The translations under genes and the position numbers were made by a program. Positions 9,329 through 18,247 of a stretch of 64,000 bases of DNA are shown here, piece by piece. Every line of letters begins with the position of its first letter. The stretch's first letter is position 1. The notes beneath the pieces were generated by a model. The model was not told the origin of the DNA, made no database searches, and saw only the letters and a program-made list of their open reading frames with translations. The stretch is from an uncultured Anaerolineales bacterium. GTDB lineage: Bacteria; Chloroflexota; Anaerolineae; Anaerolineales; UBA11858. Location: contig CAYQQX010000006.1 of NCBI GenBank assembly GCA_964419495.1, positions 486 through 64,485 on the forward strand. The letters are read 5' to 3'.

Positions 9329-10048
9329 ATGGCTAAGCACGGAAAGAAATTTAAAGAAGCTTCAGAAAAAATCGATCGATACAAGAATTACGATCCCGAA
9401 GAGGCCATCGCAATGGCCAAAGATTTGGCATTTGCCAAATTCGATGAAACTGTTGAACTGCATGTCCGACTGGGCGTAGACCCTCGCCACGCTGATCAAC
9501 AGGTTCGTGACGTGGTTGTTCTGCCCCATGGCCTTGGAAAATCTGTCCGGGTGTTGGTATTTGCCCAGGGTGAAGATGCCATGAAGGCGCGCGATGCTGG
9601 CGCAGACTACGTGGCTGATGATGACGAGATGATCCAGAAAATCCAAGATGGCTGGACCGAGTTTGATGTGGCCATCTCAACCCCGAGCATGATGGGGAAG
9701 GTGGGACGCCTGGGACGGGTACTCGGCCCTCGTGGTTTGATGCCCAACCCTAAAGCTGGTACTGTTGCCCAAGGTGATGATCTCGCCAATGCCATCGATG
9801 AGACCAAAGCCGGTCGTGTGGAATTCCGCGTTGACAAAACTGCAAATCTCCACGTGCCAATTGGTAAAATCTCTTTTGAAGGCGATAAATTGTACGATAA
9901 TATGGCCGCTCTGATGGGTGCTGTCAAGAAAGCCCGCCCTGCGGCTGCAAAAGGCGCTTATATCCGCCGAATTACCTTGAGTTCAACTATGGGTCCTGGC
10001 ATTCGCATTGATATTGCCAAAGCCCGTGCAATGGAAGTGAATCAGTAG
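9329..10048 (+). CDS. rplA: 50S ribosomal protein L1
   Basis: [34 protein letters not shown]...[21 protein letters not shown] are L1 signatures. Confidence 0.97.
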   Translation: MAKHGKKFKEASEKIDRYKNYDPEEAIAMAKDLAFAKFDETVELHVRLGVDPRHADQQVRDVVVLPHGLGKSVRVLVFAQGEDAMKARDAGADYVADDDEMIQKIQDGWTEFDVAISTPSMMGKVGRLGRVLGPRGLMPNPKAGTVAQGDDLANAIDETKAGRVEFRVDKTANLHVPIGKISFEGDKLYDNMAALMGAVKKARPAAAKGAYIRRITLSSTMGPGIRIDIAKARAMEVNQ

Positions 10049-10187
10049 TATAATTCCGCCGTTCATAAACACTTCGCCAAAGACAGCAGGTGCTTTTGCC
10101 CTTCGACATTGCTCAGGGTTACAGCTTAATTTCCTGCCGAGGTGAGGCTTGATGCCCATAATCGGGCAATTCCTGATGGAAAATTGA

Positions 10188-10219
10188 GTCTTTACCTCGT
10201 TGCGAGGTAAAGACTTTTT
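10188..10219 (+). terminator. intrinsic terminator/attenuator between rplA and rplJ
   Basis: A perfect 12-bp stem GTCTTTACCTCG-TTG-CGAGGTAAAGAC is followed by TTTTT. Confidence 0.7.
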
Positions 10220-10222
10220 GCG

Positions 10223-10385
10223 TAAGAGAGCGTCCCTTTGGGTGTCCGTTCGCTCTCTTACCACTCCGACGCATGAGCGTCGGAGCTAGGCGTAGGTGTC
10301 ATATCGCCATACCGCCACTCCGGTTCAGGAGAACCGGAGTACAAAATTTCTAATAGCAAACTCTCGAAGAAAGGAGGACGTTTCT
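10223..10385 (+). promoter_or_regulatory. structured rplJ 5' leader (candidate L10(L12)4 autoregulatory leader)
   Basis: Three perfect 9-bp hairpins are present: AAGAGAGCG...CGCTCTCTT, CTCCGACGC-ATGA-GCGTCGGAG and CTCCGGTTC-AGGA-GAACCGGAG. The region ends at the SD AAAGGAGG. The position matches known L10 leaders, but the fold was not compared with a covariance model. Confidence 0.45.
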
Positions 10386-10922
10386 TTGGCTATTTCAAAA
10401 GAACAAAAACAAGATCTCGTCAAACAGTACGGCGAATGGATTGATGAAAGTGAAGCCATTGTTTTAACCAAATACATTGGCCTCTCAGTTCCCGAACTGC
10501 AGCAACTGCGCGCCGATATCCGCGAAGCCGGAGGTGAGTTCCACATTGTCAAGAATACACTGGCGAAACTTGCTCTGAAAAATGCTGGAAAAGAGATAGA
10601 GAACGAGCATTTCTTAGGCGATACCGCTATCGGTTTCGCATTCGAAGACGGGCCCGGTTTAGCAAAGGCTATCGTTGATTTCGCTGACAAGTCAGATTTC
10701 CTTGATGTCAAAGCTGGCTATCTTGGCGAAAACCTGGTTAGCTCTGCTGAGATCGTTGCCTTGTCTAAGGTGCCGCCGTTGCCTGTGCTTCGCGCCCAAT
10801 TGATGAGTGCGATACTGGCCCCCGCGACCAAGCTGTCGCAAATTTTGGCCGAGCCTGGACGTCAGGTTGCTGGCGTACTCAAGGCGTATTCAGAAAAGGA
10901 TGCAGCTCCTGAAGCTGCCTAA
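10386..10922 (+). CDS. rplJ: 50S ribosomal protein L10
   Basis: (M)AISKEQKQDLVKQYGEWIDESEAIVLTKYIGLSVPELQQLRADIREAGGEFHIVKNTLAKLAL. A TTG start at 10386 lies 9 nt after AAGGAGG. The ORF is open from 10296, but that stretch is the leader. Confidence 0.9.
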   Translation: MAISKEQKQDLVKQYGEWIDESEAIVLTKYIGLSVPELQQLRADIREAGGEFHIVKNTLAKLALKNAGKEIENEHFLGDTAIGFAFEDGPGLAKAIVDFADKSDFLDVKAGYLGENLVSSAEIVALSKVPPLPVLRAQLMSAILAPATKLSQILAEPGRQVAGVLKAYSEKDAAPEAA

Positions 10923-11019
10923 ATAAGTGCACTCTCTGAGTGCAGCAAAAAATGAAATTAAAACTTAGCGAACGTAAAACGAAAATATTACGTTCAACGA
11001 AATTTGAAGGAGCAATAAA

Positions 11020-11400
11020 ATGGCTGATCTAAAGAAAATTATGGAACAACTGAGCGAGCTTTCTGTACTCGAGGCTGCTGAGCTGGTTACGATGTTAGAA
11101 GAAGAATGGGGCGTTTCCGCAGCTTCCCCTGTTGCTGTGGCTGCTGCCCCTGGCGCCGCCGCTGCTGCTGGAGAACCCGCCGAAGAGAAGACCGAGTTTG
11201 ATGTCGTTCTCAAAGATGCTGGTGCCAAGAAGATCCAGGTCATCAAGGTTATCCGCCAACTGACAAGCTTGGGCTTGGCTGACTCCAAAGAGTTGGCTGA
11301 GACTGCTGGTTCCAAGATCATGGAAGGTGTTAGCAAAGAAGCTGCTGAAGATGCCAAGGCAAAGATCGAAGAAGCCGGTGGCGTTGTCGAGCTTGCCTGA
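11020..11400 (+). CDS. rplL: 50S ribosomal protein L7/L12
   Basis: [19 protein letters not shown], an Ala/Pro hinge, then [35 protein letters not shown]. Confidence 0.97.
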   Translation: MADLKKIMEQLSELSVLEAAELVTMLEEEWGVSAASPVAVAAAPGAAAAAGEPAEEKTEFDVVLKDAGAKKIQVIKVIRQLTSLGLADSKELAETAGSKIMEGVSKEAAEDAKAKIEEAGGVVELA

Positions 11401-11431
11401 GTTCTGTAATTAGAATCTAGGCGAATATAAG

Positions 11432-11507
11432 AGGATGCAATTAGTGCTATGCACTATGTTGCATCCTTTTTTGGCCCAAAGAGCGTATCCACATAGCTCT
11501 TTGGGCC
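11432..11507 (+). terminator. tandem hairpins after rplL (terminator plus second 12-bp hairpin)
   Basis: AGGATGCAA...TTGCATCCT followed by TTTTTT (11432-11472), then GGCCCAAAGAGC-11 nt-GCTCTTTGGGCC (11473-11507). Confidence 0.75.
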
Positions 11508-11623
11508 ACTCCAATTCATGACCATTGGTATTCCGTTTGGGTGGAATATAATCATGGCATGTTGGTAAATTTTTGTCACTAATGCCCATCTAAGGTACAA
11601 CTGTGGGAACAGGTGTGACATAC

Positions 11624-11651
11624 TTTACAATTGCTTGGCCTGTGGTATAGT
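11624..11651 (+). promoter_or_regulatory. candidate promoter of the two-component operon
   Basis: TTTACA-16 nt-TGgTATAGT, about 20 nt before the ATG at 11672. Confidence 0.4.
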
Positions 11652-11671
11652 TTTCGATGTTGGAGGTTGTT

Positions 11672-12352
11672 ATGAGTGCTCGAATTTTGATAATCGAAGA
11701 TGATGAAGGAATACTGACCTTTTTGCGCCGGAGTCTGGCGTATGAAGGCTACGAAGTCGATGTGGCTACAGATGGACGCTCCGGTCTTGATGTTGCCCGA
11801 GATAATCCTCCCGATCTAGTTGTCCTCGATCTTATGCTGCCTGGGATAGATGGCTTAGAGGTTTGTCGTCGGCTGCGCGCGGGTGGGGATGTACCCATTC
11901 TGATTCTCACCGCCAAAGATGGTGTCACTGACCGCGTCGTTGGCCTGGATATGGGCGCGGATGACTATATGGTCAAACCCTTCGATCTTGATGAAGTCCT
12001 GGCGCGTATTCGCGCCCTCTTACGGAGAATACAGCCTACCAACCGTCCAAAGGTGTTCCAATTTGCTGATTTAACCCTGGATACAGGCACCCGTCAGGCG
12101 AAGCGGGGAGATCGAATGATCACCCTGACTGCCAAGGAATATGAACTATTAGAGTTATTCCTGCGTCATCCCCGGCAGGTACTCACCAGGGATGTAATTT
12201 ATGATTCCGTATGGGGGTATGACTTTGGTGGAGAGAGCAATATCATCGAAGTATATGTCCGTTATCTACGCCAAAAACTCGAACATGGAGAAGAAGAACG
12301 CTTGCTCCATACAGTGCGCGGTGTGGGGTACGTGCTGCGCCAATCATCCTAA
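11672..12352 (+). CDS. OmpR/PhoB-family response regulator
   Basis: The receiver domain has [21 protein letters not shown] and MVKPF. The winged-helix output domain has [23 protein letters not shown]...[11 protein letters not shown] 11672 follows GGAGG. Confidence 0.93.
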   Translation: MSARILIIEDDEGILTFLRRSLAYEGYEVDVATDGRSGLDVARDNPPDLVVLDLMLPGIDGLEVCRRLRAGGDVPILILTAKDGVTDRVVGLDMGADDYMVKPFDLDEVLARIRALLRRIQPTNRPKVFQFADLTLDTGTRQAKRGDRMITLTAKEYELLELFLRHPRQVLTRDVIYDSVWGYDFGGESNIIEVYVRYLRQKLEHGEEERLLHTVRGVGYVLRQSS

Positions 12353-13750
12353 ATGTCTTTGCGCGTTAGACTGACCTTGCTTTATACCTCCCTGGTTGGG
12401 GGGATCCTATTATTATTTGGCATTGTTGTCTATCAATTAGTGAGTATCAATCTGGTCGATCAGATCGATGATTTGCTGGCGCGCACTGCCAGCGATCTGG
12501 TCGATAGTATGAGGCTGAACGCAGTGGGGGCATTAGACATGGAATTAGCCCCAAATCTAGAGTTGGCTACAAATGTCTATGTGCAGCTTTGGGAGCGCAA
12601 TACTGGTTTGCGGTTCGCTTCAGCAAGTATTAGCCACCTACGGGAGCCCTTAGACCCCCTCGATCAACTTCCCGCAGAACCTGTTTACCGCGCCACCAAG
12701 GTTGGCGAAACTGATCTGCGTGTCTTGAGTGTACCGTTATCCTTAGGGAACCGCTTAGTTGGCACCTTGCAGGTCGGGGCTAGTCTGGCAATAGTTGAAG
12801 CTACTCAGCGCACGTTGCTCACAGTGTTGGCGGTTGGCACAGTAGCATCCATGGGTTTGGCGGCATTGGCTGTCTCACTGACAACATACCAGGCTTTGGC
12901 ATCGCTGGAACGCGTGACAAATGTTGCCTTGCAAATTACACGCGCCGATGATCTCTCTCGGCGCATCCCATATCAAGGACCACCTGAAGATGAGATAGGG
13001 CAGCTCATCCAAGCCTTCAACCAAACCCTCGGACGATTAGAAAATCTCTTCAATACACAGCGCCGCTTTGTGGCTGATGTTGGCCATGAGCTTCGCACCC
13101 CCCTTACCGTAATCAAGGGAAATGTCAATCTAATGCGGCGCTTAGATTGTGGGGATGATGAATCGCTTAGTAGCATTGACAGTGAAGTCGACCGCCTCAC
13201 ACGCATGATCGGTGATCTGCTTTTATTGGCGCGTGTCGAGTCTGGTAAGCTGCCCCTGGACAACCAAGTTGTCGAGATGGATACGCTAGTTCTCGAAGTT
13301 CTCCAGCAAACCAGCGTCCTAACGGCAGATCGCCTGCAAGTACGGCTGGGAGAAATTGATCAGGTGTTAGTGTGCGGTGATCGAGATCGTCTGAAGCAGG
13401 TATTATTGAATTTGGTCGAAAATGCTATTAAATACACTCCCGCGGATGGCGAAGTAGTTGTCGATTTGGGGAAGTCTGATGAGCAGGCGCGAATTGTTAT
13501 CTCCGATTCCGGCCCTGGGATTCCGTCTGAAGATTTGCCTCACATATTCGAACGGTTCTACCGGGCTGAGAAATCGCGTACCCGCACTAAGGATGGCAAG
13601 GGATTTGGATTGGGGTTATCAATTGCTTATTGGATTGTGCGTAATCATGGAGGGCAAATCGAGGTACAGTCCGAAATGGGGGAGGGAACCACTTTTTCTG
13701 TGTGGTTGCCCTTAGCTGAGGCGGAAGCTGATTGCCAACCCGAAATATAG
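12353..13750 (+). CDS. sensor histidine kinase (TM-sensor-HAMP-HisKA-HATPase_c)
   Basis: H-box FVADVGHELRTPLT, N-box LLNLVENAIKYT and G-boxes DSGPGI and GFGLGLSIA. Two TM segments flank a periplasmic domain. Confidence 0.93.
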   Translation: MSLRVRLTLLYTSLVGGILLLFGIVVYQLVSINLVDQIDDLLARTASDLVDSMRLNAVGALDMELAPNLELATNVYVQLWERNTGLRFASASISHLREPLDPLDQLPAEPVYRATKVGETDLRVLSVPLSLGNRLVGTLQVGASLAIVEATQRTLLTVLAVGTVASMGLAALAVSLTTYQALASLERVTNVALQITRADDLSRRIPYQGPPEDEIGQLIQAFNQTLGRLENLFNTQRRFVADVGHELRTPLTVIKGNVNLMRRLDCGDDESLSSIDSEVDRLTRMIGDLLLLARVESGKLPLDNQVVEMDTLVLEVLQQTSVLTADRLQVRLGEIDQVLVCGDRDRLKQVLLNLVENAIKYTPADGEVVVDLGKSDEQARIVISDSGPGIPSEDLPHIFERFYRAEKSRTRTKDGKGFGLGLSIAYWIVRNHGGQIEVQSEMGEGTTFSVWLPLAEAEADCQPEI

Positions 13751-13765
13751 CTCTGCCCCCAAACA

Positions 13766-14497
13766 TTATCGCGAAATTCCCAAACGGTTTCCAGCCTGCT
13801 TGCATAAACTCGCTCCCCCAAAGGCCAACCATTCATCTAGACGATCACTGTGCTCTTTGCCGTTTTTGGCATCGGCATAAATTCCCGTTCCCCAATACAC
13901 ATATCGATCCATCTCATTCGACCAGACATTTTCAGGTCGCTTGGCTCCGGTGATTCCACCGTTATACCCCGCAAGCCCATATTTGATGCTGCCTTCTCGG
14001 GCCTCGAGCGCGTTTTTAAGATAGGATAACCCTCTTAGGGCATTAGTCCCTGGTTGAAATGGATCCTCCCCGGAGACAAAATGATACGGCATGACTTGGA
14101 ACAACCCCATAGCCCCCGCGCGGGATACCGCTTGCGGGTCACCGCATGATTCGATTTGCATCACGGTTGCAACCAGGTTTGGGTCTAATCCCCACTTCTG
14201 GCTCCAGTTGGCAATATCTGCCTCCCAATACTGGATTTGGGCCGTGAAGAGAGGCGCGATGCGCGATCCACCTGAAAGCTTCTTTTCTTGTACCTGTTGG
14301 GCTTGTTCAAAGCTGGAGAGATCAGCGGTTTGAGTATTGGTATCATTCCACTCAACTCTGGTGAGAAACAGCGCTAAAATCAAACCTACCACGATGACTA
14401 AGAGTGGTGGAAGTGCAAAAAAAGGCAAGCAGCCCCCGGTGGAGAATTCCACCATGGGAGCCTCGTCTGAATAATAATCGTTGTAAGCGCGAGACAT
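13766..14497 (-). CDS. membrane-anchored lytic transglycosylase (SLT domain)
   Basis: MQIESCGDPQAVSRAGAMGLFQVMP is the SLT catalytic motif. The N-terminal anchor carries GGCLPFFALPPL. Confidence 0.88.
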   Translation of the reverse strand: MSRAYNDYYSDEAPMVEFSTGGCLPFFALPPLLVIVVGLILALFLTRVEWNDTNTQTADLSSFEQAQQVQEKKLSGGSRIAPLFTAQIQYWEADIANWSQKWGLDPNLVATVMQIESCGDPQAVSRAGAMGLFQVMPYHFVSGEDPFQPGTNALRGLSYLKNALEAREGSIKYGLAGYNGGITGAKRPENVWSNEMDRYVYWGTGIYADAKNGKEHSDRLDEWLAFGGASLCKQAGNRLGISR

Positions 14498-14514
14498 TTG
14501 ATAATGGGAAATTA

Positions 14515-15132
14515 TTAATTGTTGATTAGATTAAGGGGATTTACATTTGTTCCCAAGTTTTTATCAAACACATTCAGGTGGGTATGATAGCCGCAGTTTC
14601 GACCCTGACAGGGTCTGCCTTGCATATCTAATGTGTACCCCAAATTACTTTCGGTGCCAATGACCTGACCAATGGACAGCTTTTCGCCCTTTGAAACGGA
14701 ATATTTACCATGCAGCATCGTCACCCGAAACCTATCGTTTTCGATGACCAATGTTGGATTCCCATATTGGTCGGTATATTTTTCTGTTACCCTACCATTG
14801 ATTGGCGATTTGATCTTTGCCCCTTTGCCCGCTGCCAAATCTATGGCCATGTGACCATATGAAGCACCATGCACCCCTTGGGTGATTGTGTATTCTTCAT
14901 AGGGCGCGATAAACGATTTATGATCTTCAATTTCAATCTCGAATGAGTTTGGTTCTTCAATTTCACTGGCGAGCGATGTGCTGATGTTTACTCGGCTGAG
15001 CACAAGCGCCATGATCAGACCCACTACAACTACAGCGAGTGGGGGAAGGGCGAAAAAAGGCAGGCAGCCCCCGGAAGAATAGTCCTCGAGGGCTGCCAGG
15101 TCGGCATAATGTTGAGTGTCGATGCGTGCCAT
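14515..15132 (-). CDS. membrane-anchored M23 (LytM-type) peptidase
   Basis: HxxxD (HMAID) and HxH (HTH) zinc motifs. The N-terminal anchor is 75% identical to that of the adjacent SLT protein. Confidence 0.85.
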   Translation of the reverse strand: MARIDTQHYADLAALEDYSSGGCLPFFALPPLAVVVVGLIMALVLSRVNISTSLASEIEEPNSFEIEIEDHKSFIAPYEEYTITQGVHGASYGHMAIDLAAGKGAKIKSPINGRVTEKYTDQYGNPTLVIENDRFRVTMLHGKYSVSKGEKLSIGQVIGTESNLGYTLDMQGRPCQGRNCGYHTHLNVFDKNLGTNVNPLNLINN

Positions 15133-15159
15133 TGGAGTAAGGAAACACGTAGTTGAATT

Positions 15160-15948
15160 CTAGAATTGAGGTCTTTGGCCCTCCCGGTTACCATTGTAAT
15201 TACGGGAAGCGGGATGATAAGTGGGCTCTTGTGAACCATAGTCGCTATCGACGTAGGTTGGCTTCGGTGCTGGGCTGAACGAAGAACGCGCCCGAGCCGT
15301 GCGGTCAATGGGAGCGTTACGGCGATTTGAGCTGTTAGGCCGAATGCGATTCGATGGCTTACGTGATGTACTGCGGCTGGTTCTTGAGTTGCTGCGCTTG
15401 GATCTGCTCAAGTTAGCCTCGCTGAAGAGGCGATCCCCGGCGACAGATATGGTGCCGATAATCAATACTCGGATCAGCCAGACCATGATTGCCACGAATA
15501 TAGGCACCACTTTGAGCATTGTGCCCCTGGCCACCACGGCATTACCAAGCGTATCGTGGTTGAGAATTGCAATAGAAACGCCCCACCAGGTCAGCATTGC
15601 GTTCATCAGGGCGGCCAGCATCCAGGCCCCGAAGAGGTACCAGACCTCGGCAGGCTCATCGCGCCCCTGTTCAGGTGTGAACAAGCGGGCGATGCCTGCG
15701 AAATCGATACCGCAGAAGGCGATAGACAGGATCGTTGCCCAGCGGACACCCACGAATTTGAGTTCGCCGAGCACATCGGTGAGGGCAAAATCGGTCGTCG
15801 AGTAGTTGAAGACCTCGAAAGCCAACAGGGCAGTGACGATCAGCATGCCAAACAACAGGCCGCGGCGCATTTGCATCTTTCCCCTAAAAATTGACATTTG
15901 CGATAACATGGTAAACCTCCTCCAGGTACTATTAAGGTCAACTGTCAT
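15160..15948 (-). CDS. polytopic membrane protein with an Arg/Ser-rich C-terminal tail, function unknown
   Basis: About 5 predicted TM helices are followed by SRSKRSNSRTSRSTSRKPSNRIRPNSSNRRN. It heads the operon with the M23 and SLT genes. The start is uncertain because several in-frame Met codons are available. Confidence 0.6.
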   Translation of the reverse strand: MTVDLNSTWRRFTMLSQMSIFRGKMQMRRGLLFGMLIVTALLAFEVFNYSTTDFALTDVLGELKFVGVRWATILSIAFCGIDFAGIARLFTPEQGRDEPAEVWYLFGAWMLAALMNAMLTWWGVSIAILNHDTLGNAVVARGTMLKVVPIFVAIMVWLIRVLIIGTISVAGDRLFSEANLSRSKRSNSRTSRSTSRKPSNRIRPNSSNRRNAPIDRTARARSSFSPAPKPTYVDSDYGSQEPTYHPASRNYNGNREGQRPQF

Positions 15949-15977
15949 CTGATAGAATTAGAACATGCGTTCTGCAG

Positions 15978-16436
15978 TTAACTATAGAACAACTGTTCTA
16001 AAAAGTCAAGAGGCAATTCGAAATTTCCTTTTTCAATGGTCGTTGATAAGGTTGCGGTGAACAAGATCAAACTGTGAATGGTCTGGCTGACTGAGTCATG
16101 TAAGTTGCGTGCCATGCGTTGTCGCTCCTCGTTTTTTGCCAACTCGCGTTGTTGTTTTACAACCTGTTCCTGCGTCTATCGCAGGCTGTCATTCAACGCT
16201 TCAATTTCTGATAAGCGCTGTTCTAAGGCAATTTCAGCCTCGTAGCCCCTGGTGATATTTCTAGATATGATAAGCTTGCCGTATAACTGGTCGTGATTAA
16301 CTTTTAACAATGTTATTCGAGAAATTAGGATAATCATCCATTCATTGTGCCTTGAAACTCTGCTACAATACTGACCACAGGGGCTGTTATTGATCGAGAT
16401 AATTACCAATTCAATAGCTAAGTTTAGGAGGTTCAT
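15978..16436 (-). pseudogene. relic of a PAS/HisKA_3 sensor histidine kinase (in-frame TAG, no ATPase domain)
   Basis: Own translation: ...GKLIISRNITRGYEAEIALEQRLSEIEALNDSLR*(TAG 16178-16176)TQEQVVKQQRELAKNEERQRMARNLHDSVSQTIHSLILF...FYS*. It contains a PAS-end/coiled-coil/H-box (RxARxLHDxxxQ), then stops 45 aa after the H-box. Its 5' side abuts the thiolase gene. Confidence 0.65.
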
Positions 16437-16438
16437 TT

Positions 16439-17644
16439 ATGTCCGATAAAAACACCGCTGCCGTCATTCTGAGTGCTGTTCGTACCCCATCAGGTAGATT
16501 CCAGGGTAGTTTGAGTGGTTTCACCGCCCCAAAATTGGGCGCTATCGTTGTAGAAGAAGCCGTAAAACGCGCAGATATCCCTGATCCTAAAGATATCGAT
16601 GAAGTATTTATGGGTAATGTGGTCTCGGCCGGTTTAGGACAGAACCCAGCCCGGCAGGCAGCCATTTTTGGGGGGCTGCCCGTTGAAGTTGGCGCCACCA
16701 CCCTGAACAAAGTCTGTGGTTCTGGTTTGAAAGCAGTAATGCTCTCAGCCCAGGCGATTCGCGCCGGAGATGGCGATCTCTTCGTAGCTGGCGGATTCGA
16801 AAGTATGAGTCGCGCTCCATATTTTGTGCGTGGACGTTCTGGTGAACTGCGCTTCGGACATGCTGAGTTTACGGATGCTTTGCTCCACGATGGTCTATGG
16901 GATCCTTTCGAAAATTGGGGTATGGGCAATGCGGCTGAATTTATTGCCGAAGAGTTCGACGTCACGCGTGAGGCCATGGATGAACTGGCATACAACAGCC
17001 ATAAGAGAGCCATAGCGGCGATCGATGCGGGGAAATTCGAAGCTGAGATCGTTCCGATAGAGGTCAAAGGTCGCAAAGGCGCGGTGACAATGTTCGACAC
17101 CGATGAAGCCCCTCGCCGCGATACCACTCTGGAAGCGTTGGGCAAGCTGCGCCCGGCCTTTGTCAAGGATGGTAAAGTCACCGCGGGGAATGCCCCAGGC
17201 CTCAATGATGGCGCCGCGGCATTGGTGGTCTCTTCCAGGGCCAAGGCTGAAGAAATGGGCAGTAAGATCCTGGCACGCATTGTCGGTTACGGCCAGGCAG
17301 CCGTAGAGCCTAAATACTTGTTTTATGCCCCTGCTAAAGCGATCCCGATTGTGCTGGAGAAGATTGGTTGGACCTTGGCAGATGTCGATTTGATCGAACT
17401 CAATGAAGCCTTTGCTGCTCAGGTTTTAGCCGATGGCTACGCTTTAGCCGATCAGGGTTGGGATTGGGATAAGGTCAATGTGCATGGTGGGGCAATCGCT
17501 TTGGGACACCCGATTGGGGCCAGCGGAGCGCGCGTGGTTGTGACCTTGATCCACACTCTCAAAGATCGCGGTCTAAAACGCGGCTTAGCATCTCTGTGCC
17601 TGGGCGGCGCAGAGGCGGTTGCATTAGCAGTGGAAATTGAGTAG
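16439..17644 (+). CDS. acetyl-CoA C-acetyltransferase (thiolase II)
   Basis: [11 protein letters not shown] contains the active-site Cys. [29 protein letters not shown] and CLGGAEAVA are the C-terminal thiolase signatures. Confidence 0.95.
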   Translation: MSDKNTAAVILSAVRTPSGRFQGSLSGFTAPKLGAIVVEEAVKRADIPDPKDIDEVFMGNVVSAGLGQNPARQAAIFGGLPVEVGATTLNKVCGSGLKAVMLSAQAIRAGDGDLFVAGGFESMSRAPYFVRGRSGELRFGHAEFTDALLHDGLWDPFENWGMGNAAEFIAEEFDVTREAMDELAYNSHKRAIAAIDAGKFEAEIVPIEVKGRKGAVTMFDTDEAPRRDTTLEALGKLRPAFVKDGKVTAGNAPGLNDGAAALVVSSRAKAEEMGSKILARIVGYGQAAVEPKYLFYAPAKAIPIVLEKIGWTLADVDLIELNEAFAAQVLADGYALADQGWDWDKVNVHGGAIALGHPIGASGARVVVTLIHTLKDRGLKRGLASLCLGGAEAVALAVEIE

Positions 17645-17649
17645 TATCT

Positions 17650-17692
17650 AAATAGCATGTCAAACGTTATATGTTTAAACATGCTATTTTTT
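17650..17692 (+). terminator. terminator-like hairpin after the thiolase gene
   Basis: AAATAGCATGTCAAAC...GTTTAAACATGCTATTT followed by TTTTT. The SD AGGAGG of the next gene follows directly. Confidence 0.55.
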
Positions 17693-17703
17693 AGGAGGTT
17701 GGT

Positions 17704-18132
17704 ATGGGTGTTGAGATACGCGAGATGACGATCACAGATTATGAACCGGTCTACGCCCTGTGGAAGGATAGTGAGGGTATTGGCCTGAGCGACGCCGATT
17801 CAAAGGAAGGGATCAAACGCTTCATGGCTCGCAACCCAGGCTTCAGCTTTGTGGCAGTGGATGAAGGCAAAATTGTAGGGGCTGCACTTTGTGGGCATGA
17901 TGGCCGCAGAGGCTATATTCACCACTTGTCGACTGCTAAATCACACCGCTGTCAGGGGATTGGACGCTCTTTGGTGGGACGCTGCATGTATGCCTTGATG
18001 CGCGTAGGGATTGGTAAATGCCATCTGTTTGTCTTTGGTGATAACCAGGGTGCAATCGATTTTTGGGAGAAGGTCGGGTATGACAAGCGGGTTGAACTGG
18101 TGATGATGTCACAACAGATCGCTGGGGAGTGA
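17704..18132 (+). CDS. GNAT-family N-acetyltransferase
   Basis: The acetyl-CoA binding motif region [11 protein letters not shown] lies within a GNAT-length protein of 142 aa. Confidence 0.85.
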   Translation: MGVEIREMTITDYEPVYALWKDSEGIGLSDADSKEGIKRFMARNPGFSFVAVDEGKIVGAALCGHDGRRGYIHHLSTAKSHRCQGIGRSLVGRCMYALMRVGIGKCHLFVFGDNQGAIDFWEKVGYDKRVELVMMSQQIAGE

Positions 18133-18144
18133 ACTGAAATAAAA

Positions 18145-18220
18145 CCGCAGATGAATACAGATAAACGCTGATAGAAGAATAATATCAGTGTTCATCCTAT
18201 TCATCTGTGGCACCTTTTTT
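18145..18220 (+). repeat. REP-like imperfect palindrome built from CAGAT(G/A)AA words; acts as a terminator
   Basis: ccgcagatgaatacagataaacgctgat / atcagtgttcatcctattcatctgtgg arms are followed by CACCTTTTTT. The same word family occurs at 21328..21386. Confidence 0.6.
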
Positions 18221-18247
18221 AGTGAATAGGAAGTACGGGCACAAAAA

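Noticed and set aside
16411-17280. 289-aa minus-strand ORF antisense to the thiolase gene
   Set aside because: The Ala/Ser/Pro/Arg-rich translation is typical of the antisense frame of a GC-balanced gene. The sense strand encodes a full-length thiolase with all signatures. The same reasoning applies to 6254..6802, 31847..32596, 4882..5313, 10965..11357 and similar ORFs.
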